The notes beneath the pieces are model-generated. The model was not told the origin of the DNA. It worked only from the letters and a program-made list of their open reading frames with translations, and did no database searches. A stretch of DNA of 64,000 bases, taken from Sminthopsis crassicaudata. Lineage: Eukaryota. The position numbers and the translations under genes were made by a program. Where the stretch lies: contig NC_133619.1 in NCBI RefSeq assembly GCF_048593235.1, positions 642,484,558 through 642,548,557 of the forward strand, read 5' to 3'. Positions 28,500 through 41,651 of the stretch are shown one piece after another; the first letter of the stretch is position 1, and each line of letters opens with the position of its first letter.

Positions 28500-31400
28500 A
28501 AAATCAGATCAAAAAGGGAAGAAAAAAAGAAAGAAAACAAAATGCTAACCAACAAAAAAAGTGAAAATGCTATGTGGTGGTCCACCCTCAGTCCCGACGA
28601 CCTCTCTGGGGACAGATGGCTCTCTCCATCACAAGACCATTGGAGCTGGCCTGTATCATCTTGCTGGTGAAAAGAGCCACTTCCATCAGAATTGATCTTC
28701 ATATAATCTTGTTGTTGCCATATCCAATGATCTTATGGTTCTGCTCATTTCATTTAACTTAAGTTCTGTAAGTCTCTTCAGGCCTCTCTGATATCATCCT
28801 GCCGGTCATTTCTTACAGAACAATAATATTCCATAACATTCATATACCAAGACTTGTTCAGCCATTCTCTAATTGATGGGCTTCCACACAGTTTACAGTT
28901 TTTTGTCTTTACAAAAAGGGCTGCCACAAACATTTTTGGACATGTAGGTCCCTTTCCTTCAAGATCTCTTTGGGAGGTAACCTCAGTAGAAATACTGCTG
29001 GGTTAAAGGCTTTGCAGAGTTTGATTGCCCTTTGGGCCTTCTGGCCTGAAGCGAGGCTCAGGGATGGGATCTCAAGGGGACAAAAGAGGGTGGGTGAGGG
29101 AGGTGCACATTTTCAGGGTGTGTATCTGCAAGTTTTTAGAAACACTTTTATTTAAAATTTTGAGTTCCAAATTTTCCTTGAGACAGTGAACAATTAAATG
29201 TAGGTTAGAATGTGCAGTTATGTAAAACATTTCCATATTCATCATTTTGTACAAGACTCCTCAAAAGAAAAGTAAAAAATAGTGTGTCTGTATTCAGTCA
29301 GTATTAGTTCTTTGGAGGTGAATAGTATGCTTCCTCACGAGTCCCTTGGGATTGTCTTAGATCATTGTGTTGGTGAGTGAAGTCATTCACATTGCATCGA
29401 ACAATATTGCTGGTACTGTATCCAACGTTCTCCTGGTTCTGTTCACTTCCTTCCCCACTGGCTTTTCCAAAAGCTTTTTCATTTCTTACAATAGTATTCC
29501 ATTAAAATCGTGTACCACAACTAGCTGTTCCTCAGTTGACGGGCCTGGCCTCCCTTTCCAATTCTTAGAGCTACTTTCAATAGTTTTGTTTGGAGCCAAA
29601 TTTTGGCACAAAAACTTCCCCCTGACCCTAACTGCCAATCAGTTCCCTGCACTATTTGGCCCACTGGCTTTGGTGAGATAAAGACTTGAGCAAATGCTCT
29701 CCCATAGCATCCTTTATTCTTCCTTCTTTTATAACAAGTGTTGCTATAACCATCCTCATACATACAAGACGGGTACTTACTGGGCCAGAAGGCGTGCACA
29801 ATTCAGTTTTTTTTTTAGTATAGTATCAAATGGCTTTCCAAAACAGTGAGACAAATTGTCAGTTCCATCAATAATGCATTAGAGTATGTCCTTCCTTTCA
29901 CAACCTTTTAAAAGAGTTTCTGCTTTCCTCTTTTATCATCCTTGCCAATCCGATGAGTGTGAGGGCATTTCTTTAGCTGTCAGCAGAAGCATTTTCCCCA
30001 TAACTTTTGGTAGCTTAACTTTTGTCATTTGTAGGGAATCTATATTCTTTAGCCAGCCACTTATCTACTAGAGAATTATTTTCTTTTTTTGTAAAATGTT
30101 TATTTCCCCTTTAATTACATGTAAAAAGTTTTTGACATTTAAAAAATTTTTTGATTTCCAGATTTTATCCCTTCCTCCCCTCTTTATCTCTTTGAGATGG
30201 GGATTTGATCTGGATTAAATATGTACAATCATGCTAAATTATTAGACTTTTATCAGATAAAGTGGCCATAAATTTTGACTTTACTCATTTTCCTTCTTAT
30301 TCTTAATATATTTTATTTGTATGCATGACTCAAGATCATTCATTTCATCTTTTATTACAAGTACTCTTGTACCATTATTGTGAGAGATCTCTGCTTTCTC
30401 TTCTTCTTGGAAAGACAAGGAATGTTGTGTAGTTGCCCATATGGATCCCTTGGGAGTTTGTTGTGGTAGGTGGTGTTGGTCCTTACCTCATTTCTACAGG
30501 GAAGCTTTAGTCTACTAGTAAATATGCTTGGATTGATCCAACATGGAGCGTCTCTGTTTAAACGTTTGGGGATTTTGTTTCCCAAATCTGATTCATTAAC
30601 TTTTCTTTTTTTTTAAAAGCAGTTCCAAATACTTTTGATGATTACCATTTTGAATTATAGTTGGAAATCTGGTCGTTCTAAGCCTCCTTCCTTCCTGACA
30701 TTTTTGTTTTCACCAATTCCCTTGAAATTCTTGCCCTTTTCCCCCAGATAACAAATGTATTAAATTTTGATAGTTTTATTGGCATGGCATTACTCTTGTA
30801 CATTAATTTACTTTAATTATATTGCCACAACCCGCCCAGGGAATGGAAGAGTTCAATAATTGGATTCTTCTATTATTTCTTTAAAGAGTGACTTGCTATT
30901 TTATTGACTTCTCTTAAGTCTTGACTATATCTTAGGAGGGGGAATTCCCAGAGATCTCATGGATTTTGTAATTATTTTGAATTGACTTTCTTTTTCTGTT
31001 TCTTCCTGCTGGGGTTTAGAAGTGCTGATGATTTGTTCATCCAGGTCCATGTTATGTTCTGCTTCACTGAGTTTTTCGCTGTGATTTTTTAAAAGTTAAA
31101 TCTCTAGGGTTTTCTAAATAACCCAGCATGTCACCTATATGTTTTCTCTTTGCCATTGTTTTGCCTGCCAATGGTTAAATTAGTTAAATATTTACTATGT
31201 AACAGGGAGACAACAAACATGTATTAAGAGCTTAATATGTGCCAGATGCTGTGCTAAGTGCGTACAAGACAGAAGGAAGCGTGGCCACCTGGGTCAATCC
31301 CCAAAGTGGAGGCCCCGGGAAGAAATTCATCAATGGGAGAAGGGGCCAACTTATTTTCAAATTAAACAGAAGTAGTGAAATTTGCTTTTACCCCACATCA

Positions 31401-33940
31401 CTGAAACCCATCCATCTCTGGCATTTTGTTATTGTGTGAAACTGAAATTTCATACTCCATTTTTTGCATTAATTATTGATTGATCAAGGATTTTTTTTTA
31501 AAAGAATTTTATTTAATCACTAGGATTGATTGTATAGGCCTCAGTGGTAGAGTTGGTAAATTGGTAACTTCCCAAACCCAAGAGCTACAATCTGACCACA
31601 AAGAATCTTTTTAAATTTTTGCTCACAAGAAAGGGAGGGGGGAATAGGAAGATTTGTCAACTTGGTCTACCATGACATTTTTCAGAGAATGTTACTCAAC
31701 TGAATGTTTTCCCCATTGCTATGAGTTGAAATGAAAACTCACCTAGTCTTAGTTTACTTTATATTCCTGGATTATTTTTGGTGCCTTATTGGCAAAGGGT
31801 GAACTTTATTAATAAAATGATCATGTTTGGAGTTTGTGCCTCAGTTTGTCTTTTTGTCAATCACAGTATTTTATTGTGATAATTATGGAGGTTAGTTTCA
31901 AATTTTTGATAGATTTATCTGCCATTATGAAAAGTCTGTTTATTCTTAGTAAGCTTTTTTTTTTTTTTTTTTACCTAAATGTATTATATTCTGTCAAAAG
32001 CTTTTTCTACATCATTTAATACTTACTGGTTGCTATTATTATTACAGTTTATGTTGTTCTATTTATAGTTTTGCTAATATTAAGCCAACTAGTATTCCTG
32101 GTATAAATCTGACCTGGCTATAGTAATTGATCAGTATATTACTGTAGCCTCTTTGCTAATATTTTATTCAATATTTTGTCTCAATATCCTTTGTAGATAT
32201 TAATCTAAAATTTTCATTTTCTCCTCTTTTTTTGCTTTAAGTTATCAGGGCCACAGTTATTTCATAAGTTTTTGCTAGGATGCTTCACCCTCCTTTTAAA
32301 TAATTTACTTAGTATTAGAGTGATTTGTTCTTTCAATGTTTTGATAGAATTCACCTGAAAATCCATTCATTTGTAAACCCTTCTCCCCATCTTTGGGAGT
32401 TCCTTTATGGCTCATTCAATTTTTTTTTTTTTTTGAGCTTGTACTTATGCTAGGTGGTTTATTTTTGTAAGCATTCATCTCTCTCGTGAGTTTTGTTGGC
32501 ATATAATTAGGCACAACAGATTGTTTCCATTTTATTTTTTAATATCCTTTTTTAAATCCCAAATTCTTTTCTCCTCTCTGACCCATATTCCACCCATTTA
32601 GAAAGCAAGCAATATGATACCTATTTTCCATGTGAAATTAGGCAAAATGTTTCCATATTGGTCATGTTATTTGAAAGAAAGAGGTCTTAATATGCACTCA
32701 AGAGTTCATCAGTTCTCTCTCTGGAAATGGATAGCATTCTTCTGAAAGGTAGACTATCCTGTGTTCTTCTGATTTGCTTATAGTATCACTCTTGATGTCT
32801 AAATCATGAACCCATTTCAACCTTATCTTGGTATAGTTTGACAATAGTGTGTTAGGTGTAGGTCAATGCCTCGTTTCTGCCATACTAAGTTGTTGAGAGC
32901 CAAGTTACTGTAAGATTATTACCACCTCCTGGCCCTCAATTAGTTTCCAATTTTCCCACCACTTTTTGTCAGATCGAGAGTTCTTATCCCAAAAAGGTTT
33001 GTCAAACACTAGATTACTATAGTCATTGACTATTTTGTCCTGCAATGCTAACCTGTTCCACTGTTCAACTACTCTGTTTCTTAGCCAGTACCAAATGATT
33101 TTGATGACTGCTGCTTTATAATGTAGGTTTAGGTTTGGTACTGCTAAGACATCCTTTGTATTTTTTTTTTTTTTCACTAATGCAGATAGCATTTTTTTCT
33201 TGTCTTGAGATCTTTGGAATTTTCTCGGATGATTGTCTTGATCAGAATAGCCAAGTCTTTCACAGTTGATCAGCACACAGTGTTGCTCTTACTGTGTACA
33301 ATATTTCCTTGGTTCTGCTCACTTCACATAAATAAAAAGTTTTCTGAAATCATCCTGCTTGTCATTTCTTGTAGAGTACTCCCAGGAAGCAAGAGACTTC
33401 GGTAACTGGGATGTTCCCCTCCTCCTAAGATTAGTCAAGGGTGCATTTAATCTTGAAATCATGAGAAAACAGGATCCAGCACAATTACTGGGGCATTGCA
33501 AACTTTACACAAGATTTGGGTTTTCAGAAACTCAAAGTGTGCTTCAGAGAATTAGACAGAAAACAGGAACCAAAGCAACCAATGCTTTTCATAACATATG
33601 GTTTTAAGATATGTAAGCAGCATCTCTCAATAAATGGCTCTGTTGAATTATCAGCAACCCCATCTCCCAATTTTCAACCGCCATTAGCCTATTTGTGTTG
33701 TGCTGGTCACAATTTCTTACATCACAATAGTAGTCTATCACAAGCATATATCAACTTGTTCAGTCATTCTCTAATTGATGAGCATCTCTTCAATGTCCAA
33801 TATGGCAAAATGGTTTTTTAATAATTTTCCTTCATCTGTTTTTTTCATATAATTTTTCATTGTTCCTTTTGACAATTTCTCTCCTTAAATATTAACTTAG
33901 CTAATGGCTTGTCTGTTTTATTCATTTTTAAAACTTTAGG
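28500..33940 (-). mobile_element. Mosaic of old LINE-1 fragments
   Basis: Minus-strand ORF2 remnants VPNLNLHYKAAVIKIIWYWLRNRVVEQWNR (32905-33276) and KMNKTDKPLAKLI (about 33900). T-rich plus strand. Confidence 0.7.
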
Positions 33941-36479
33941 CAGTTGGATTTGACTTTTGGCTGATGCCCTGCTCATAAGTGTCCCATTGGCATTCTTCTT
34001 GTGGGGCAGCTGGGTGGGTGAGATGCGCAGGGAATGCAGACCCCCAAACCTGTTCCCAGGCCATGCCCTTCTGACCACTCTTCTTGCTGGGTTTCTGGCT
34101 GGGCCTCTTCTCTGAAGCCCTGCCCAACTGCCTCCATAGTCTGAGGGTTCTCTGGGACCCAAGAGTACAGCTGTCTGGGAGATCGCTGCTTTTATTCTCC
34201 TCCCTAACTTCAGATTCTGAAAGACCATTAAGAGTGTGTAAGAGCCCCCCATTGGACCCTGCTGCTTCCCTCCCATGCTGGTCCCCACACTCTGACCTGA
34301 CCTTGAGCGCATCAGCTGTCCTCACCTGCTTCCATCCTCACCTGCTTCCACTGCCTGTCCCCACCAGGCAGGCACCTCACGGCTTTCGGATTCTCATCAC
34401 CTCTGTACTTAGCCCTTCCGAGTCTGGGGCCTGGAATCACGAAGACCCGAGCTCAGATCTTCACCAGCTCTACAATTCCCTAAAGCTTCGCCTGCCTCAG
34501 TTTCCTACACTGTAAAATAGATATTATAATAACACCACCTATCCATCCCATTGTGAGGATCAGATGTTCGTAAAGCACTTAGCACAGTGCTGGGTTCATG
34601 AGAGATATTTAATAAATGTTTATTCCTTTCCCTGGGAAACGAAGGGGCCAAAGCCACACACAGCAGGCCAGAGAGAGGAGGACAGAAGACGATGTTTGCA
34701 AAAAGAAGTCCCCTTTCTAAGGAGGGCTCACATCTGCCAGTGCTGGTCCTGGAATGGTCATCGTCTTGAAACTTGGGGACCATGATCACTCTGTGGGGCA
34801 AAGAACTGGACTTCTGTGGTGGGGCCAGGAGTGCAGTGCCCATGGATGACAAGAAACAGGGCTGTGAAAGGGACAGCCCAGGGAAATAAAGAGGGATGAG
34901 GATCCTGGGGACACTTTGCCAAAGGCCGAGCCTTCCAAGGCACAAGTCATGAAGGTCTTGCCAAACTCAGGGCACCGGTGCTTGCTCTTTTGGCAAAAGG
35001 GAAGGGGTCTGAAAGAGCGCCCACCCTGACGGACCATGAAAAGGAGGCAGGAATAGACCACAGGGCATTAGCAGGAAAGTGTGTCCCAAGTGTCACCACT
35101 AACCCGCTGGAAAAGAGAAGAGCCTAGAATGTCAGAATGAGAAAATGCCACCACAAAAGGAGAGAAAGAAACCCTCCACAAACACACACAAAACTAAGTC
35201 AGCGGACTCAGCTCTTGTCCAGAACCTCAGGGCGCTGCCTCATCTGGATGTCTCCTCTCAGGAACGGGGGCTCCCTTCGGACGTTCCAGGTTTATATGAT
35301 GCAGTTGATTTTCTCACACTTGCCACACTTGCATAATCACATTAAGGTGGGTATGTATATTATCTGAAGGGCTCACAAGAACATTTGGACATTAAGATCC
35401 AGTTCCATCTGGGAGAGGCAGGAGCTGACGACCAAACACTCTCTTAGGCTAGGGGGGCCAGGGAGGACAGACAGGCGGGAAAGTTGTACAAAGGGTGGCC
35501 GTGTCTCGTCGGGATCAGGTCTCCAGATGTCGTGTGCAGACCTCTGGTGTTTGTCCCCGATCCCTTGTGAAGCCCTGCTGGCTCTGAGACTGTGCTGACT
35601 GTGGCCTAACACCGAGAAGAGCCAGCCCCCTGGCATCTGGAGGTGGAGGAACCCTCAATCACAGCAAGTGGAGAAGTTCTGTTTGTGGCGCCAAACTCAC
35701 TTTCCAGGGATGTCCACACTGATAGCGAGGCTGGCTCAGTGTTTAGGAGGCTCTGAAGGACAGTGTGGGAAAGGAGAGGTATTCGGCTGTACGATATGCT
35801 TCCTTCATAGGATAACTCTAAAGGGGCCTGTTTCTCTAGTTCCACATCTAGATGTTGGAAACCTCAGAAACTTTCAGTCCATACATCTTTTGTTGTTTCT
35901 ATCCTAACCTAAATCCTGTACTTGATAAATGTATGATAGAATTCACTTTTAAATCTCTATGATTCCAGTGCTTTTTCCTAGGAAGCTCCTTTTTGGCCTG
36001 TTCTGATCAGATATTTTAAAAATGGTAAAAATATTTCCACTTTCTGTACCCATAGAATTAACGTATAAAATTCAATTAATGCTTAATTGATAAAAATCTT
36101 AGAGCTTATTACCAAATCTTAAAGCCTGAATTTCCATGATTTTGGAGGAAAATCATATGCAATCTCTGTATATAGTTCCATATAGTTTTCTAAAGAAAAG
36201 TCTAATCCTTTTTCTTTTTCCCCAAAATTTACTATTGCATTTAATTAAAAAACTTACAAACAGCTTATTACAAACTTATTATCTTGTCTAATCATTTCCC
36301 TCTTTAGAGGATATCATTCCTCCTTGATAATATGACCATAAACACATTAAAATTTTAAGATGCTCACACTTGCATCCTATTATAATTCAGAAATGTTCCA
36401 ATAGATCGATATCAATCTATTACTTAATAGCTTTAGTGTTGGACTTGCAAAACGTTTTGATTAGAGAACTGTGCTAAGG

Positions 36480-36790
36480 CAATTCCAATAGACTTGTGAT
36501 GAAGTGCCATCTGCATCCAGAACTATGGAGACCATAGATCAGAGTATTTGCACCTTCATTTTGTTATTGTTTTACTGCTTTCCTTTTTGATCTGATTTTT
36601 CTTCTGTAGCATGATGAATATGTTTAGAAAAATTGCACACATCGCTTGCTATTTGGGGGAAGGGGAGGAAAGAAGAGAGGGAGAAAATTTTAAAACCCAA
36701 GGTTTTGCAAGGGAAAATTCTGAAAACTATCTTTGCATGTATTTTGAAAAATCAAATACCATTAAAATAAAAAAAAATAAAGAATTTTGC
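36480..36790 (+). mobile_element. Marsupial L1 3' UTR fragment
   Basis: atagacttgtgatg...catctgcatccag...aggggaggaaagaagagagggagaaaattt, ending in an A-rich tail. Confidence 0.6.
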
Positions 36791-37779
36791 TTTAAAACTT
36801 TGTATGATATAAGTGCATCTTCAAATTGGCACATATAAAAATCACTGATCTTATTAACCTTTGGCATTTCAAAAACACTTTAAAGTTATCAGGTATGGAA
36901 CAGTTACCTTCAATTAGGGAAATAATAATGGTGATGATGATGTAGCGCTTACCCATGCCCACTGCTGTATTCCGTAGGCCAGATGCCTATATTATTTTGA
37001 TCTCACAATAGCCATTTTTTTTTTCTCTTTATAAATCAGTAAACTAGGGCAAACAGATAAAACAACTTGCCATAAGTCACACAGCTAATATCTTTCTGCA
37101 TCTGGAGTAGAGAAGGCTGCCTGGGTGCTGGCGTTCCCGTTCCTGGGGGGATGGGGCAGTGTGTGTGTGTTCCACTATGCTGGGGCTGCTGCCCTCCCCC
37201 CCTTCCACTAGCTGGGGCACTTCTCCAGCACCTTGTTTTGTTTAGGCATTTGGGGTTAAGTGACTTGTCCAGGGTCACACAACCAGGGAGTGTTGTGTCA
37301 CATTTGGTCCTCCTGACTTTAGGGCTGATGCTCTATCCACTGCACCGACTGGCTGCCCCCCCTCCCCCATTTTCTTAAGCTGATCTGAGCAAAAAAGGTT
37401 GTAATGGCCTGGTTAGCAACCCCCACAATGCCTCCCCACCCATGATTCTCCAAGCTTTCAACATCTACCTGAGACTTTATATAAAAGGGACCATTTTTGC
37501 CCAACCAGGATAAAAGCTGAAAAGTCGAGGCTCGATTCTGGGCTTTCCTCAGTGCCCTCCAACAATGGAGCCATTAATCTTCTCAGATATGTTTAAAACT
37601 TAAAAACAAGCCATAAGATGAATGCCAACACTGTGCAGAGAGGTTCCTCGGAACTTTCTAAGCTGTTTGGGAAGGGAGAGAGCTTCAGGAATCACCCCCC
37701 GCAATTCCCAAATGACTCTTTGCCCTTAGGAGGGAAATTCCGAATTCGAGTTCAGGCTCCCACCCCTGCAGCTGGATCC

Positions 37780-38850
37780 CCTCCCCCACAGCCGAGCGGC
37801 GCCAACCGCAAAGTGCGGGGCTGGCCTCTGCTCTCGGCTCCCCTCGCTGCCCAGTTCCGGGGCTCGGATGGCCACGGCCCGCGGATAACCCGCAAACACT
37901 AGGCGAGTGGACTTGGCTGGGGCGTGGGGAGAAGCTTCGAAGGGTCAAGCCACACGTGCAATACGGGTTATTTCCGGTCACTGCGAGGGTAGCGACGGCA
38001 TTCCCGCTGCTTTCCCATCCCTCCTCCATCAGTTCTTCCGACAGATGCTAGAGCCACCGCCAATACAGCAAACTGCAAGGCGCGAATAGGTTTGGGCGCA
38101 TGCGCTCCGTAAAGCCGCAGGCCAACTGACGCTGGGCTTTCTGGGACACGTAGTCTACAGGGATCGTCCCAGGAGGCGACTGCTCTCCGCCTACATATCC
38201 CAGAAGTCTGCAGGCGTCAGGAGAAGGTTCCGTCTGGTCTTCGCCCACGGGGATGGCGCTTTTGCCCCCTGTAACACCCCTACTTATAGGATACCCAAAT
38301 TCGCAGAGAGACGCCATTTTCCCATGGAGTGATGTAACACACTAGAGCGGCAATTCTGCCTCGCGCCGGCGTTTCCACGGCAACCCCCCCCCCTCTCGCC
38401 TTCAGTTGGGAGGGTCACCATAGCGGAATGGAGAAATGAGGGGTCGCGGTTGCATGTGCGCGTGCGCATGCGCTGCCGAGCCCAGAGGCCTGCTCTGGAG
38501 TCCGCAGGTGAGGGCGGGGGAGCGTAGTCCGCGGGCCGTCGCAGTCCGCCTGGTTACTGGGCCGAGGCGGTGGAGGAGGGAGTCCGAGACCCGTGACCCA
38601 TGGAAGGTGGGGGTTCTGAGAGCCCTCGGAGTCTCATCCGAGGGACTGGAAAAGGGGCTTGGAGAGAGGCGGGCGGAGGGCACCGCCCGCTGCGCGCGCA
38701 TCCCCCCGAAGGGCGGAGGTGAAGCGAGCATCCGCGGGAGGGAGGGGGGCGCTGCAGCGCGCGCCCCTAGGGAGGGGGAGGGGCGGAGGCGGGGCCCCTT
38801 CCGCCCCTGCTGCTCTGCGCTTTAGGGGAGCCCCGCAGGCTTAGGGGGAG
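37780..38850. promoter_or_regulatory. CpG-island promoter of the first Tigger-derived gene, with bidirectional signatures
   Basis: NRF1-like GCGCATGCGC at 38096 and 38464, ZNF143/THAP11-like CTACnnnTCCCAG motifs near 38140-38200, YY1 CGCCATTTT at 38312, X-box GTTTCCACGGCAAC at 38371, plus-strand donor gtgagg at 38508. Confidence 0.7.
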
Positions 38851-40052
38851 GCCAGGTAAAAGTCGGGGAGTTGAATGCTGTGCCCTGAGAGGAGGCTGCC
38901 GAGGCTCTGAGAGGAGGGAGCCCCTGGGCCTTGTCCCTGTGCCCCCCGCGGGTGGGGTCTTTGGAAGAGCCCTGCTTTGGGGGCATGCCCCTCTGGGGCA
39001 CCCGGCCCACTCCCTGCAGGCCCCCCACGTGCTGCTGGGGGGAGGGGCCGCTCCCGTTAAGGGCCCTGGGGAGGCAGAAGAGGGGTTACCTGGAGCAGCG
39101 GCCGGGGTCTCCCCGCTGGGGCCTCTGGAAACCAGGGGCCTTTCATGTGGGCCCTGAACGTGGGAGTTTGGGACGGAGGGATGAGCCTGGGGCTCCAGAG
39201 GAGGAGACCCCCAGAACGGCTCGGTCGGAGTGGATGAGCAGAGAGGCAGGTGGAGCGAAGGCCAGCACTGGCGGCCAAAGCTTTTTATTTTCAAAATATA
39301 CACGCGGATGATCTCATCATTGATCCTACTAAACCTTGTGTTCTCCTCCCCCCCCCCCCCATGGGGGTAACTGATCCCTTCCTCTATGCACACAAGCGCA
39401 GGCATCCCGCTGCGCGAGGAAAAAAAGAAAGCAGGCGGGACAAACTACAAGAGCGGGTTGTGCCCAGACCCGCGGCTCTGTCTGGCACCCATGGCTCCCT
39501 CCAGCACAGGACCCCCATCACCTCATCGTGCATCTGGCCGTGGCCATGGCACTGACCTAATTCTTCCGATTCTAATAAAAAAACTATTTGCAGTGACCCC
39601 TTTTGGAACACTCAGCGGCCGGGACTAGTTAGACGCTTGGTTCCAGGGTGCCCCCGCCCCCCTGGAGTGGTCACAGTCCCAGCGCTTGTGTGTCTCCTCC
39701 AGGCCCAACGGCTAGCAGGATTAGTTAGAATTGATTAGACACCTACTGTTTGTACTGGGGATCCAAAGAAAGGGGGGCTTGCAGCCAAGTCTCGGGGTGG
39801 GGACCACTTGCAAACTGTTCGTGCAAAGTCGGAGGAACTGGAGGCAGGAAGCCCAGGCGAGATTTGCAGCGGGTCCCTGGGATGGGCTCCTCAGCCTTGG
39901 GTGCCCGTGGCAGGCGGGACGGGGAGAACGGGCGGCATCCGGCTCCTTGCGTGCCAGTAACCTTTCTGTCTTTTTCACAGAGAAGGAGTAGGCGGCGAGG
40001 CCCCGGGAACCGGTGAGGAGAGGAGAGAGTGCAGGCTCTCCGGGCCAACGGA

Positions 40053-41651
40053 ATGGAGAAGGGGCCTGGCCCCAGGGCGCCAGGGAAGAGACTGCTCGGG
40101 GGCCCCAAGAGAGACCGGAAATCGATCACCCTGCACGTCAAGCTGGAAGTGCTGAGGCGCTTTGAGGAGGGGGAGAAGCTCACGCAGATCGCCAAGGCCC
40201 TGGGGCTGGCCACCTCCACCGTGGCTTCCATCCGGGTCAACCGAGAGAAGATCAGAGCCAATTCCCAGGCCGCCACGCCCCTCAGCGCCACCCAGCTGAC
40301 CCGCTGCCGCGGCGTGGTGATGGGCAACATGGAGCGGCTGCTGAGCCTGTGGATCGAGGACCAGAAGCAGCAGCAGCTGCCCATCAACACCATGCTCATC
40401 CAGGAGAAAGCCAAGAGCCTGTTCGAGGCCCTCAAGCAGGAGCACGGGGAGAGCGCCCAGGCGGAGACCTTCGGAGCCAGCAACGGCTGGTTTGCCCGGT
40501 TCAAGGCTCGGCACAACGTGCTCCTGACCGACGAGCCCGCCGTGGCGGACACGGAGGCGGCGCGCAGGTACCCGGACACGCTGAGAAAGATCATAGCCGA
40601 CGGCGGGTACACCCCGCAGCAGGTCTTCAACGTCGACGAGACGGGGCTCTTTTGGAAGCGCTTGCCCGAAAGGACGTTTGTGTCTCTGGAGGACCGAGCC
40701 GGGCCGGGCTTCAAGGCCTCCAAGGACCACCTGACCCTGCTCCTTGGAGGCAACGCCGCCGGGGACTGCAAGCTGAAGCCTCTGCTGGTGTACCCCTCGG
40801 AGAACCCGCGGGCCCTGAAGGGCTGCTCCAAGCCCAGCCTGCCCGTGATCTGGAGGTCCAACCGCAACGACTGGGTGACCATGAGCATCTTCCAGGAGTG
40901 GTTCACCAATTTCTTCTGCCCCGCCGTGGAGAGGCACTGTGCCGAGAACCAGCTGCCCCACAAGGCCCTGCTGATCCTGGACAGCGCCCCGTGCCATCCG
41001 GCCCACCTGGACGACCTCTCCGCCAACGTCAGGGTGGAGTTTCTGCCCAAAAACACGTCAGCCTTGATCCAGCCCATGAATCAGGGGGTGATCGCCACCT
41101 TCAAGGCCTTTTACCTGAAGAGGACGCTCTGTCAGCTGCTCCACGAGACCAACGGGGACGAGAAGCCCAGCATCCGGGAGTTCTGGCGCAGCTACAACAT
41201 CATGACGGCCGTGGACAACATCGCCGAGTCCTGGCAGGAGCTCAAGCCGGCGACCATGAACGCCGTGTGGAGGAAGATCTGGCCCGAGTGCGTGCGCGCC
41301 TCCTCCGAGGCCGAGGCTCAGATCCAGCAGAGCGTGGTCGCGTTTGCCGGCCACGGCGCCTTCGGTGCGGCGGCGGAAGATGACGTGGTCCGCCTGCTCC
41401 GGTCCCACGGGGGAGACCCGTCCCGGGGGGGCCGAGAGGAGGAGCCGCTGGGCGCACCCTTCCCGGGATCCCCCCCGGAACTGACTACCAAGCACTTGGC
41501 AGAAGCCCTCTCCCACTTCGACCGGGGGCTGCAGATCCTCGCTGAAAACGACCCCAATCGGGAGCGGAGCCTGAAGGTGCGTCGGGGGGTGAATGGCGCG
41601 ATCAGCTGCTATCGGGAGCTGTACAGGGAGAAGAAACGGGGCGTGAAGTAG
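40053..41651 (+). CDS. Domesticated Tigger/pogo transposase-derived protein (CENPBD1/TIGD1-like), copy A, 532 aa, single coding exon
   Basis: CENP-B-type HTH domains (KRDRKSITLHVKLEVLRRF; GASNGWFARFKARH) and a DDE_1 domain (FNVDETGLFW; LLILDSAPCH; IQPMNQGVI). Acceptor at 39980/39981, AATAAA at 41958, intact frame with GC-rich third positions, no TIRs seen. Confidence 0.92.
   Translation: MEKGPGPRAPGKRLLGGPKRDRKSITLHVKLEVLRRFEEGEKLTQIAKALGLATSTVASIRVNREKIRANSQAATPLSATQLTRCRGVVMGNMERLLSLWIEDQKQQQLPINTMLIQEKAKSLFEALKQEHGESAQAETFGASNGWFARFKARHNVLLTDEPAVADTEAARRYPDTLRKIIADGGYTPQQVFNVDETGLFWKRLPERTFVSLEDRAGPGFKASKDHLTLLLGGNAAGDCKLKPLLVYPSENPRALKGCSKPSLPVIWRSNRNDWVTMSIFQEWFTNFFCPAVERHCAENQLPHKALLILDSAPCHPAHLDDLSANVRVEFLPKNTSALIQPMNQGVIATFKAFYLKRTLCQLLHETNGDEKPSIREFWRSYNIMTAVDNIAESWQELKPATMNAVWRKIWPECVRASSEAEAQIQQSVVAFAGHGAFGAAAEDDVVRLLRSHGGDPSRGGREEEPLGAPFPGSPPELTTKHLAEALSHFDRGLQILAENDPNRERSLKVRRGVNGAISCYRELYREKKRGVK

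Noticed and set aside
39981-40052. Copy A fused to upstream coding exons in the same way as copy B
   Set aside because: An in-frame TGA at 40014-40016 lies between the acceptor and the ATG, so this is 5' UTR. The GTG start at 40029 is also unlikely.
39743-41383. Overlapping 444, 344 and 343 aa ORFs, and likewise 63098..63685 on the minus strand
   Set aside because: Antisense or alternate-frame shadows of the GC3-rich transposase coding sequences.
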